From a virus (taxonomy: Duplodnaviria; Caudoviricetes), in IMG/VR virus record IMGVR_UViG_3300009085_000057, positions 1 through 35,151 of that record: a stretch of DNA of 35,151 nucleotides. One strand, written 5' to 3'. The translations under genes and the position numbers were made by a program. Positions 19,101 to 31,100 of the stretch are shown here, piece after piece; within the stretch, counting starts at the first letter, position 1; every line of letters starts with the position of its first letter. The notes under the pieces were generated by a model, which saw only the letters and a program-made list of their open reading frames with translations, made no database searches and had not been told where the DNA came from.

Positions 19101-22100
19101 TTTTAACACCAGTTACGGCAGTCACAGCGGCGGGGGGAGCTACCCGAGCATATTCGGCGAGGCATACGACACGCGAGCGGAGGCCATCCAGGCCGAGATC
19201 GCCCGGCTGAAACACATCCTTGCCCGGAGCGACGAGCCGCAGGCGAAGACGGGGCTCCGCGACCTCCAGCAATTCGCAGAAAAGCAGGGTCTTTCCGCAC
19301 TGGAGGAGAAGCCGAAGGCGCCGCCGTCCCAGGCCGTCGCCCTGGCCGCGGGGCAGAAGCCGGCGGAGAAACCCGCGGAGGAGGAGAAAAAAACCAAGGA
19401 CAAACATAATCCGGCATACTGGGATGATGTCGAGATTGTCTCACTCGACGGGCCCAACCTGCTCTTCAACCCCGAGCCCGAGGCGATCAAGGAATATACC
19501 GTCCACGTCAACGATGAGACGATTATGTTCGACGGGGACCGAACATCCGATGAAAACAGGGCTGAAGCCAAGAAGTTCTACCAGGCGTTGCGAAAACGGC
19601 TGCCGGAGGAGGAAACGAAGCCCGAGGCCCCGCCGGAGGAGAAGGCTGAAAAGGAAGAAGGTCTCCTGGAACTGAAAGGGAAATGGGCGCAATACGCTAT
19701 CGAGAGGGTCGATAAGGAGGGGAACGAAATCGTCGGGCCGGCGATGGGACAGCTCTATTCTTCGCGCACGGTCTATGAATATGTAGGCGAGGGGAATGTG
19801 CCCGTCGCCGATCTAAAACAACTGGAAGCCCACGGATTTCAATGGAGGTCCGGGAAAGAATGGGTCGGCCCCGTAAAGCTGTATTCCCTACCGGAGCGCG
19901 CCGCCGCGAATCTGGAGAAGAAGGCGGAGGAGAAGCCCGCGGAGGCGGCGCCCGCAGCGGCGAAGAAGACCGGGGAGGCCTTGAGCGACGAGGAGTTTGC
20001 TTCGCTTTTCAACGAGGCCGCGGAGGAGGTCGAGGCGGAGAAGAAGGCGGCGCCAAAAGAGCCGTGGCAGATGACCCGGGATGAGTACCTCAAATCTCTC
20101 GGCATGGATGATCGCTTCACGCCGCCGCAACCGAAAAAAGAAGGGGCCAGACTCGTCCGTTTGTCCGCAGACAACGTCATTACGACCGGGGAACACGGGC
20201 AGGCGGTTTTCAATGCCATTCAGGAAGGCAAGCCCGTGCCGGCTGAGGTCCGGGCGGAATACCCTGAATTTGAGAAGATTCCGGAGAAGCCCGCGGCGTC
20301 CCAGGGCGTCACGACGGCGATCGGGAAACCGGCGGAAAAGGCGAAGGAACCCGAGCCGTACCGGACCCTGCCCGCCGCGCAGTTTTCCGCTCCCGCGCTC
20401 GCGGCCGCAAAAGTGTTGACCGATCAGCCGCAGACGGTTCAGGAGATCGCAAAGAAAGCGGCACTCGACCAATCCGCCGAGAAGGCGCTCCAGGAGCTGA
20501 CCCAGGCCGGCGTCGCCGCCTGGCACCTGGCGACGAAACGCTATTCCCAGGGATCGACCCGGATCGAGCCCGCCGCGGCACAGGGCGTCACGACGGCGAT
20601 CGGGAAGCCGGCGGAAAAGGCGAAGGCGGCCCCCGAGGCCGAGCTCCCCCCGCTGAATTTGAGTTTTACGAAGCAGACCGGAGGCATTTGGAAGGGCGGC
20701 TATCAGGCGACCGTCACGGAAGGCCCGCACAAGGGAGTAGTCGGTTTCGCGCATACAAAAGAAGGGGCCCAGCGCGAAGTTGAAAAATCTGTCCGTGAAA
20801 GGGTCGCGGCGGGAATAGTTAATCTCCCCAAGGAAGAGAAGCCCGCGGCGGCCTCCCCCGCGGAGAAGCCCGCCGCGGCACAGGGCGTCGCAGCGGCGAT
20901 CGGGAAGCCGGCGGAGAAGGCGAAGGAGGCGCCGGCCGCAGGGCTGACCCTGGCGATGCTCAACCATGCGCTTTCCGTGGCCCGCGGCGGCACCCTTAAC
21001 GGGATCGCCGAGGCAATCAATTCCTTCAACCGGGGCGACATCGAGGGCGCCCGCCTCCTGGCCGCCAAGGCCCAGGCGGGGACGGCGACCGATTTGGGAT
21101 TCGGAGACGCGATCCGGAAGCCCGGGCCCCCGGCAGCCCCGGAAAAGCCCGCGGCGGCGGCGAAGCCCGCGGAGGAACTCCCGGACCTCACCGTCTCCGG
21201 GCAGTCGAAGCCGGTCCCGGGGCGCCCGGGCGCCTCCTACGTCGTCCACAAGCGGCAGCCGGACCTGATTCCGGACACCTTCCGGGTGCTCGTCAACCGC
21301 ACGGAGGGGGGGATCCTCTCCGTAGATGGAACGGGGATGGACGCGGCGGCGGCCTACAAAAACGCCCTGGCGAATTACGATCGGAAGATGGCCGAGTGGG
21401 AGAAGAACAAGCCCAAGCCGAAGAAGGTCGAGGGGGCGGAGTTCCAGGAGGGGTCCCGGGTCGTCATCACGTCCGGCCGGGGCGAAGGCCGGCACGGCGC
21501 GATCTCAAATGTGTCAAGCTACACCATGCGCGCCCTCTTCATGGGGACCGGGAAAGACACCAGCGAGAGGCATTTCTCTTACACCATGCGCTCCGATGCG
21601 GGGACGGAGTACGTCGTCTCTTCGGGGAATCTCGCCCGCGAGGAGGGGACCGCTCCCGCGGTCGTCCCGGACGTCGAGATCGAAGGGCGGTTCTACGAGC
21701 CGGACCACGCTCATGCCCGGATCCGCTACGCGAAGGAAGCGGCGCGAAAACACGACGCGGCCGCGCAGCGGGCCCGGAAGCCGGCGAACATTCAGGAGGA
21801 AAGGCGCCTGGCCCAGGAGAACCGCGGCGAAGCGGCCAAGTTGCAGGGGATCTTCGACGCCTGGGCGGCGAAGTACCCGAAAGAGGCGGAAGCGGCGATT
21901 ATCGCCGACGAGGGCCCGTCTGCCGCGAAGCCCGCGGCGGCGTCCCAGGGCGTGGCGATCGCGACGGGGCAGAGGCCCGCGGCGATGCAGCCGGGCGGAG
22001 CGCCGACGATGGCCGGGGCCGCGAAGAGCCTGGCCGACCTGGGGCTCACCGTCAGCCAGGGGAAGACGAACACGGGGAAGACCGTCTGGAACGTCTCCGG

Positions 22101-25100
22101 CAACACCCGCGCCCACTCCGAGCAGATCAAGCGGGCCGGCGGGCGCTGGTACGGGCCGAAGAAGGTCTGGAGCTTCTACAACGGGGATCCGACCGCGGCC
22201 CTCCAGGAGGCGCTCGGGATCCAGGCGGGGGCGGCTCCAGCAGCGCCCGCGGCGGAGACAAAGACGGAAGCGCCTGCCCGCGCGCCGGAGGATTACGCGC
22301 CATCGACGTTCCAGCCGATCGTCCGGGAGATCGCGGCCGAGCAGGGCCGGAGCAACACCGTGGAGATCGACGGAGCGGTCATGTCGATCTACGAGGCGGC
22401 GGAGCGGCTCGCCGACCGCCAAGATACGCTCCGGGGGCGGCTCCCGGAAAAGTACCGGAGCAGGATCCCCGCAGCGCCGTCGCTCGGGAAGGCCGCCTCT
22501 GAGGTCGCGGAGGGGGTCGCCTCTTCCTTCGACGCGATCGCCGAGATCCTGAAGAAGGCCGGGAAGGGTCCGATCTCCATGATGGGCGGCGGCGTCTTCG
22601 ACGAGGAGCTCTACGCCGCGATCAAACCCCATCTCCAGGCGACCTACGACCACTTCCGCGCCGCGGCGATCGAGGTCAAGGAGTGGATGAAGGAGGTCGT
22701 GCGGCAGTTCACCGCGCGGGGATTCGCGCCGGACGCCCTGATGCCTTACCTCCAGCGGTTCTACCGGGAAGTCGCGCAAAAAGACTTGACAAAACCCGAA
22801 ACCGGGATTACCTTAGAATCGCAGGAAGGAGGCGATCGTTATGGCACCGCTGCTGGCACAGCCCGATCGGGTGAAGGAACGGCAGAAAATGATCGAACAG
22901 GCGCTCAAGGACCAGGCGCCGCTCTCCTGGGAGGAGTTGAAGGCGGCCGGGAAGCTGGCGGAGTTCCTGAAGGATCACGAACAGGCGATGATGGAAAGCT
23001 ACGACCAGGCGGAATCGGAGCTCCACACGAGGGTACTCGGCCCGCAGGGCCCGAAGGATTACATGGAGAGGGTGCAGCAGTTGATAATGGGGGAGAGCCG
23101 GGCGTGGGAGGAGACACTCGCGACCTGGCTGGAGTTCAGCGACCCGCAAAGCCCCGAGACCACCGGATTGCAAGCCCAGGCGACCTGACCCGTCCCGGGT
23201 CCTGGCTCGTCACCGCGAAAAACAACCTCGACATTATCGACCTCGTCAAGCAGATCGAACGGGAGAACCGCCCGGCGACCCCCGCCGAGCAGCGCTTTAT
23301 CGCCCGCTACACCGGCTTCGGCGCCTCCGAGATGCGGAACAAGCTCTTCGAGGGCTACGCGCGGACGGGCGAGTTGCAGCCCGAATGGGTGGACGAGGCG
23401 TGGAAACCCCTGGTCGAGCGGATGGTGGAGCTCCTCACGCCGGAGGAGATCCGGACGATGGCCCGCTCCACCCAGTACGCCCACTACACGAGCGGCCCCG
23501 TGGTCCAGGGGATCTACCGGGCCCTGGAACGCCTCGGCTTCCCCGGCGGGAGGATCCTGGAGCCGGGGATGGGCTCCGGCCACTTTTGGGGGCTGATGCC
23601 GGAGGCGATGCGCGGCGGATCCCGCTACACCGGGGTCGAGATGGACCACCTGACCGCGTCGATCGCGAAGGTCCTCTACCCCGAGCAGAACATCCTGGAG
23701 GCCGACTACTCAAAGCAGGCCTTCCCGAACAACTTCTTCGACGCGGCCGTCGGAAACCCACCCTTCGCCAGGACCGTCATCCTGGCCGATCCGGACTACA
23801 AGCGGCTCCGGCTGTCGCTCCACAACTATTTCTTCGTGAAATCGCTCGACAAGATCCGCCCGGGCGGGATCCTTGCCTTCGTGACCTCCCACTACACGAT
23901 GGACGCCGAGGAGACGCGGGCCCGGGAGCAGATGGCCGAACGGGCCGACCTGGTCGGCGCGATCCGCCTCCCGGATACCGCCTTCAAGGCGAACGCCGGA
24001 ACGGAGGTCGTCACCGACATCCTCTTTTTCCGGAAGCGGGCGGCGGGTGAAGAACCGGCCGGGGAGAAATGGATCAATCGAGCCAGGATACAGATCCCCG
24101 AAGCCGCCGGGAAACCGAGCGGCGTGGAGGACATCAACGAATACTTCGCGGCCCACCCGGAAATGGTCCTCGGGACCCACTCCCTCGAAGGGAAGATGTA
24201 CCGGGAGCTCTCCTATACGGTGAAATCCTCCGGCGACCTCGAAGCGCAGCTCGCCGAGGCGGCCGGGCGGCTGCCGGAGAACGTCTATTCCACGGCGCAG
24301 CTCCCCGCGGCCGAGCAGCAGGAGCTCGTCGTCGAGCGGGACTTCAACCCGGCGAACCGGAAAGAGGGCGGGCTCTACATCGCCCAGGACGGGAAGCTCA
24401 TGCGGACCGATCGGGGCTCCGGCGTCCCCTTCCGCAGCCTCTATCCGGATTTCGTCGCCCGGGAGATCGAATGGCTCAAGGACTACTGCCGACTGCGCGA
24501 CACCCTGAAACAGGCGCAGTACGACCAGCTCAAGGACGGCCCCTGGGAGGATTCCCTCCAGGCGCTCCGCGAGGTTTACGACCGCTTCGTCTTCGCCCAC
24601 GGGAAGATCCGCGATTTCGCGCTCCGCGAAAAAAAGGAGACGGACGAGGACGGGAATGAAACCGTTGTCGCAACACGGATCTACCGCCGGGACAAGCTCC
24701 TGCGGAGGGACGTCGAAGCCCCGCTCGTCACCGCCCTGGAAGAGATCACCGAGGACGGGACGATCCTTCCCGGCCCGTTCCTCCGCGGCCGGACGATTCG
24801 TCCGCCGGCCAAGCCGGAGATCCGCGGCGCGGCCGACGCCCTGGCCGTCACCCTGGACGAGGCGGGGAAACTCGATCTCGACCGGGTCGCCGAGGCGGCG
24901 GGGCTCTCCCGCGAAGAGGCGATCGCGCAACTGGGCGATCTGATCTATGAGGTCCCCGGCGCCGGGCACGCCCTGGCGGACGAGTACCTCTCCGGCGACG
25001 TCGTCAAGAAGCTGGAGGAGGCCCAGGCCGCGGCCGCGGCCGATCCGAAGTACCGGCGCAACGTCGAGGCGCTCCTCAAGGTGCAGCCGCAGCCGCTGGC

Positions 25101-28100
25101 CGCGCGGGACGTCACCGTCGCCCTGGGCGGAAACTGGATCCCCCTGGAGCACTACGACGACTTCGCGGAGGAGGTCCTGGGCCTCGACGGGATCGAGGTC
25201 GGATACCGCGCCTCGGACAACAACTGGACGGTCGAGATCGGCTCCGCGACCACCCGCCGCCGGGGGCGGACGATCCGCCGGACCTCCGGGAGGCAGTCTC
25301 TCCGCGGCTCCGCCTCCGAGTGGGGGACCGGGGACCGCGGCGCGAACGAGCTCCTGGATTCGGCCCTCAACTCCCGCGTCGTCCGGATCACGCACCGGCA
25401 GAGAGACGGAAGCACGATCGTGGACACGGCCGCGAGCCAGGCCTGCAACGACATCATCAAACGGATGAAGGAGCGCTTCTCCACCTGGGTGTGGGAGGAG
25501 GCGGCCCGCGCCTCGGAGCTCCTCAACATCTACAACAGGAAGTTCAACAACCTGGCCGGGCGGCTCTTCGACGGGTCGCACATGACGCTGCCGGGGCTCT
25601 CCCTCCTCTACAAGCTCCACGACCATCAGAAGCGGGCGATCTGGCGGATCGTCCAGACCGGGAACGCCTACCTCGCCCACGCGGTCGGCTCCGGGAAGAC
25701 GCTGGAGATGATCTGCGCGGGGATGGAGATGAAGCGCCTGGGGCTGATCCAAAAACCCCTCTACATCGTTCCGAACCACATGCTCCAGCAGTTTTCCTCC
25801 GACTTCCAGGCGGCCTATCCGCTCGCCCACGTCATGATCGCGGACGAGCAGAACTTCGGGAAGGAGAACCGGCGGAACTTCGTCGCCCAGGCGACCCTGA
25901 ACAAACCCGACGCGATCGTCCTCACCCATTCCGCGTTCGGCCTCCTGAAGGTCACCGAGGCGACGGTCGCCCCGGTCCGCGACGATTTGATCGCGCAGCT
26001 CCGGGCGACCCTGGAGGAGCTCCGGGAATCGAACGTAAGCCGGGCGCGGATCCAGCGGATCGAGCAGCGGATCGAGCAGGTCGAACAGCGCTTCGCGGCG
26101 CTCACCTACTCCGGGAACCGCGACGACGTCGTCAACTTCGAGGAGATGGGCGTCGATTACCTCTTTGTGGACGAGGCCCACATGTTCCGGAAGTTAGACT
26201 TCGACACGAACCGCCAGGTGAAGGGGATCGACCCGGCGGGCTCCAACCGGGGGATGGACCTCTACATCAAGACCCGCTGGCTGGAGGCGCAGAAGCCCGG
26301 CCGGTCGCACAGCTTCGCCTCGGGGACCCCGATCACCAACACGATCGCCGAGCTCTACACCCTGATGCGGTTCTTCATCGAGCCGGATCTCCAGCGGGAG
26401 GACCTGGGGCACTTCGACGCCTGGGCGAACCTCTACGCCGTGAACCGGGTCACCCCGGAGATGAACGCGGCGGGCCGTTACGAGATGGTCGAACGCTTCT
26501 CGGAGTTTATCAACATCCCGGAGATGATGAGCCGCGTCCGGACCTTCATGGACATCCTCACCGCCTCGCAGCTCGCGGGGGTCGTGGACCTGCCGACGAT
26601 CCGCGGCGGGAAGGCGGAGATCGTTGTCACGCAGGCCTCCGAGGGGCTCAAGGACTACCAGCGGCACCTGGAGGCGCGGATCCGGCAGAGCCGGGACTGG
26701 CGGCCGTCTCCAGGACAGAAAGGGAATCCTGATCCGCTCATCAACATCATCACCGACGGCAGGCTCGCCTCGATCGACCTGCGCTACGTCCGCCCGGGCA
26801 CGCCGAACGACCCGCGGAGCAAGCTGAACAGCTTCCTCGACGGGGTCATCGAATCCTGGAAGGAGGCGCGGGAGATCGAATACACGGACTCGGCGACGGG
26901 GAAGGTGGACCCGGTGAAAGGCGGGAGCATCGTCGTCTTCTACAACCACGGCTTCGGCGCCAATGTAGCCGAGACCCGCGACTTCGACGCCCGAGGATGG
27001 GCGATGCAGCGCTTCCGCGAGGCGGGGATCCCGGCCAATGAGGTCGGCTGGATCGACGACGCGGACAACGCGGAGAAGAAGGCGGACCTCTTCAAGGCGG
27101 TCCGCCAGGGGCACAAAAGGATCCTCATCGGCTCGGCAAAGAAGATGGGGACGGGGATGAATGTTCAGCGGCGCCTGATCGCGCTGCACTACCTGGATCC
27201 GCCCTGGTATCCCGCGGACGTCGAGCAGCCGGACGGCCGGATCGTCCGCCAGGGAAACCTGAACACCAGCATGAACCGCGAGGTCGTCCTCAAACGCTAC
27301 GCGACGAAGGGCTCTTACGACGCGACGATGTGGCAGATGGTCGCCCGCAAATCCCGGTTCACGGAACAGGCGATGCTCGGCGACCCCTCGATCCGGAAGC
27401 TCGCGGATCTCTCCGAGGCCTCCCAGTATGAGATGGCCGCGGCCGTCGCCTCCGGAGACGAGAGGGTGATCCGCCTGGCGAACCTGCGCGCGGACCGGGA
27501 ACGCCTCCAGAACCTGCAATGGTCCCACGTCCAGGAGCAGACCCGGATCCACGGGATCCTCTCCGAACGGGAGGCCGCCGCGGCCTACAAGGCGAAGCGT
27601 CTCAAGCTCCTGGCCGAGGCCGATAAGAAGAGCCCCGGGTACATCCGGCAGATCGACGGCCAGGTCGGGGAGGCGCGTTTCGACGAGCGCGACGAGTTTG
27701 GCCGGGCCCTGATCGAGGCCTACAACCGGACCGCTCCGGCGGAGAAGCTGGTCACCCACGCCAAGGAGGTCGAGTGGACGAAGATCGCGGAGATGGACGG
27801 CTTCGACCTTCTGCGGAAGAACGCGTCGGTCTATAACGCCCTGGTCCTGCGGCTCGCCCCGGGGCTCGACATCGAGCTGGAGACGCAAAACACCCTTGAT
27901 CCCGAAAAGACCTCGCCGCTCGGGCTCACGACGCGGATCGTCAACCAGATCAACGGGATCTCCACGGACATCCGCTCCCTGGAGGACGGCCTGGAAGAGG
28001 ACAAGAAGGAGGTCGCCCAGGCGAGGAAGCGGATCGGGGCCCCTTTCGCCTACGAGCGGGAGCTGGCGGAGAAGATCGCCGAGATCGCGCAACTGGAGCA

Positions 28101-31100
28101 GGAGCTGGTCGAGGAGGGCCGGGCCGCGGAGGCGGCCGCCCGCGCCGGCCACGCGGGGCACGTCGCGCCGACGACATTGAACACGAACCCGGTCGATCAG
28201 GACCTGGCGGCGCTCCACCCGGCGGACGGGGGGCCGGAGGCGCCGGAAGGCGGAACGCCCGGCGAGCAGTACGCCCTGGGGGACGTGACCGAGACGCCGG
28301 CATTCAAGAAATGGTTCGGGGCGTCGAAGGTCGTGGACGCGGAGGGGAAGCCGCTGGTGGTCTATCACGGGACACATAACACTTTCGACGCCTTCGACAT
28401 GGAGGCCTCGGGAGACATTGAGATCGGGCAATACTTTACCAACCGGGAATCGGTCGCAGAGGACTACGGCGTCAACGTGATGCCGGTCTATCTGTCCATA
28501 AGGAACCCCTACGAAACCACATCCCGGATTTGGTTTGAGACCTTCAATGAAGATGCCCGCGACATTCAAAAAAGGGGATTCGATGGGATTGTTGTTCGCG
28601 GACCGCTGCACAGCAGTTCCAAGAATGAAGTGACTTACATCCCCTTCTCTCCGTCCCAGGTCAAATCGGTGAACAACCGCGGGACGTTCGACGCGGCCGA
28701 CGCCCGGATCCAGTACGCCGTCGGCGAGAAGGAATCGCTCGAAGGCGAGGAGGTCGCCGAGCTGGTCCGGGAGCTGACCCGCACGGTCGGCGGGATCTCC
28801 GCCGAGACGCGCGGCGGGGAGATCTACCTCAAGACGCAAGGCGGGCAGGTCTGCCGGATCAAGGGCGTGACCCGGCTCGCCGCGAACAGGATCCAGCTCG
28901 ACATCGGGTACAGCCAGGCGGCGATGGAGAAACAGACCCCCTACGCGGTCTTCCACCCGGCCACGGAGGAGCGCTCCGCGGAGATCCACCTGGTCCGCGG
29001 GGCGGCGGGCGCCTGGACGATCAACCACGAGTTCTACCATTGGCTGGAGGACCTGGGCGTCGTCACGAACCGGGACAAGAACCTCCTCAACCGGAAGATC
29101 GAATCGCTGATCCGGAAGGACCCCAAGACCTACGGGCGGCTCCGGGGGCTCTCTCCGGCGGAGCGGCGCGCGGACTGGACCGGGCGGCAGCTCGCCGGGA
29201 TGTACGACGCGACGACCGAGACGGGGAAGATCCTCGCCCGGATCCGCGGGCTGATCGACCGGATCCTCAACGCCCTGGGGATCCGCACCGCGGGCGGCGT
29301 GGTCCGGGACATCCAGAGCGGGAAGATCGTCAACCGGCCGGGGATCCCCGGGACGAGACGGGCGGCCGCGGCGAGCTACGCCATGGCGGGGAAGAACGCA
29401 ATCGGACAGCAGAAGCTGGACGTCGCCGAACAGATGGAAGCGGAAGGGATCAGCCGCGACAGGATATGGGGAGAGACCGGCTGGTGGAAGCTGGGCGAGG
29501 AGTGGAAGTTCGAGATCGACGACAGCGAGGCATTCATCCGGATCCCGGCCGGGGAGTGGAACAAAAAGCTGATGGATACCCCGGCATATACCCTCCCCGG
29601 CATCCTTCAGCACCCGACGCTCTACCAGGCTTATCCGAAGCTGAAAGGGATCAAGGTACATTCCAGCGGCTATCCTTCGATGCTCGGCGGCATCGGATCC
29701 AAGGCGTTCTACGACGACAAGAACAAGGAGATCCATGTTCTCGGACCGGCGGCCGCTCGCGGGGGCTACAAACCCGTGCGAAAAACCGAGTTGAAGTCCG
29801 TCCTCTTCCATGAGGTGCAGCATGTGATCCAGGACATGGAAGATTTCGCCAGAGGCGGGGACGTGAAAGAGTTCACAATTCTGGATCCAGACGCTATATC
29901 CAGCAGGCACCACCGGCTTTTCACGGCTGCGCTGCGGTTCAAGGAAAAAGGGAACCCCGAGGAAGTCAGACAAGAACTCCTTGCTGTGGGGTATGAAGCA
30001 TCGGAGATCGAAGAAGCGGAGAGCGTCAGCAAAAACACGGACGCGGAAACACTTAAAAAAATAAATAAAGAACGTGACGATATTCTCGAAAGGGCGGCAG
30101 ATCCTTACAAATCATACAGATTACTCGCCGGAGAGGCCGAATCGCGCCTGGTCCAGAAGCGGCTGGAGATGATGCCGGAAGATCGGAAATGGGAACCGCC
30201 CTGGATCACCCTGGAGAACATGCTCCGCGAGGAGGGGATCCTCCGTGAAGGGCAGAACATCGAGGACGCCCTGATCCGTCTCCCGCGGAAGGAGAAGTCG
30301 GAGCAGTACGCCCTGGGGCCGGAGGGCGGAGAGGCGGCCGGGTCCGTCCGGGCGGAGAAGCTGTCTCCGGGGGAATCCCTCCGGCGGACGGCGGAAGAGC
30401 TGACGGGCGCGGCGGGGCAGGCGGCCGGACGGGCCGGCAGCCGGGCCCTGGGGCTCCTGGGCGCCCGGGTCTCCCCGGAGACGAAGGACGCCCTGGGCGT
30501 CCTGGCGCGGCATTGGAAGGAGTTCTGGCGGCCCTTCTCGACGGTGAAGGACGGGGAGAAGATCCTCGCGAAGCGCTACGAGGCGATGGGGAACGTCGCC
30601 CGGGCGGTCCGCTTCATCGAGGAGATCCACCAGAAGCTCGACGCCTACCCGCCCGAAGTCAAGAAGGATATGTTCTGGTATCTGAACGGGGACATCCCCC
30701 TGGAGATCCTCCCCGTGGACGCCCGGGAGACGGCGGAGATGATCCGCCGGCGCTTCGAGACGATCGGGGAGATGCTGGTGGACCGCGGGCTCCTCGCCCA
30801 GGGGCAGTTCGACAAGTACCGCGGCCGCTACATCCACTACCTCTACGCCCGGCACGTCCTGGGGGATAAGTTTTCGGACGCCTTTCTGACCTCGACGGGG
30901 AAGCTGAACCTCTCCTACGCGAAGAGCCGGAAGGACCTCACGCTCCAGCAGAGGAAGGAGCTGGGCCTGATCGAGGACGCCTCCGTCGCGGTCCCCGTCG
31001 GGATGGGGAAGGCGCTCACGGACCTGGCGAAGGCGGACTACCTGGAGACGATCGCCGAGAACGCCGACTGGGTATGGCAGCCCTCCCTCGTCAAGGTCCC

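Noticed and set aside
20302-20926. Repeat-spacer pattern as a CRISPR array
   Set aside because: Spacers are over 230 bp, the repeats are in-frame coding linkers, and there are no cas genes.
23160-28120. Intein or intron in the MTase-helicase
   Set aside because: Motifs occur in the expected order with no Hint or homing-endonuclease signature seen.
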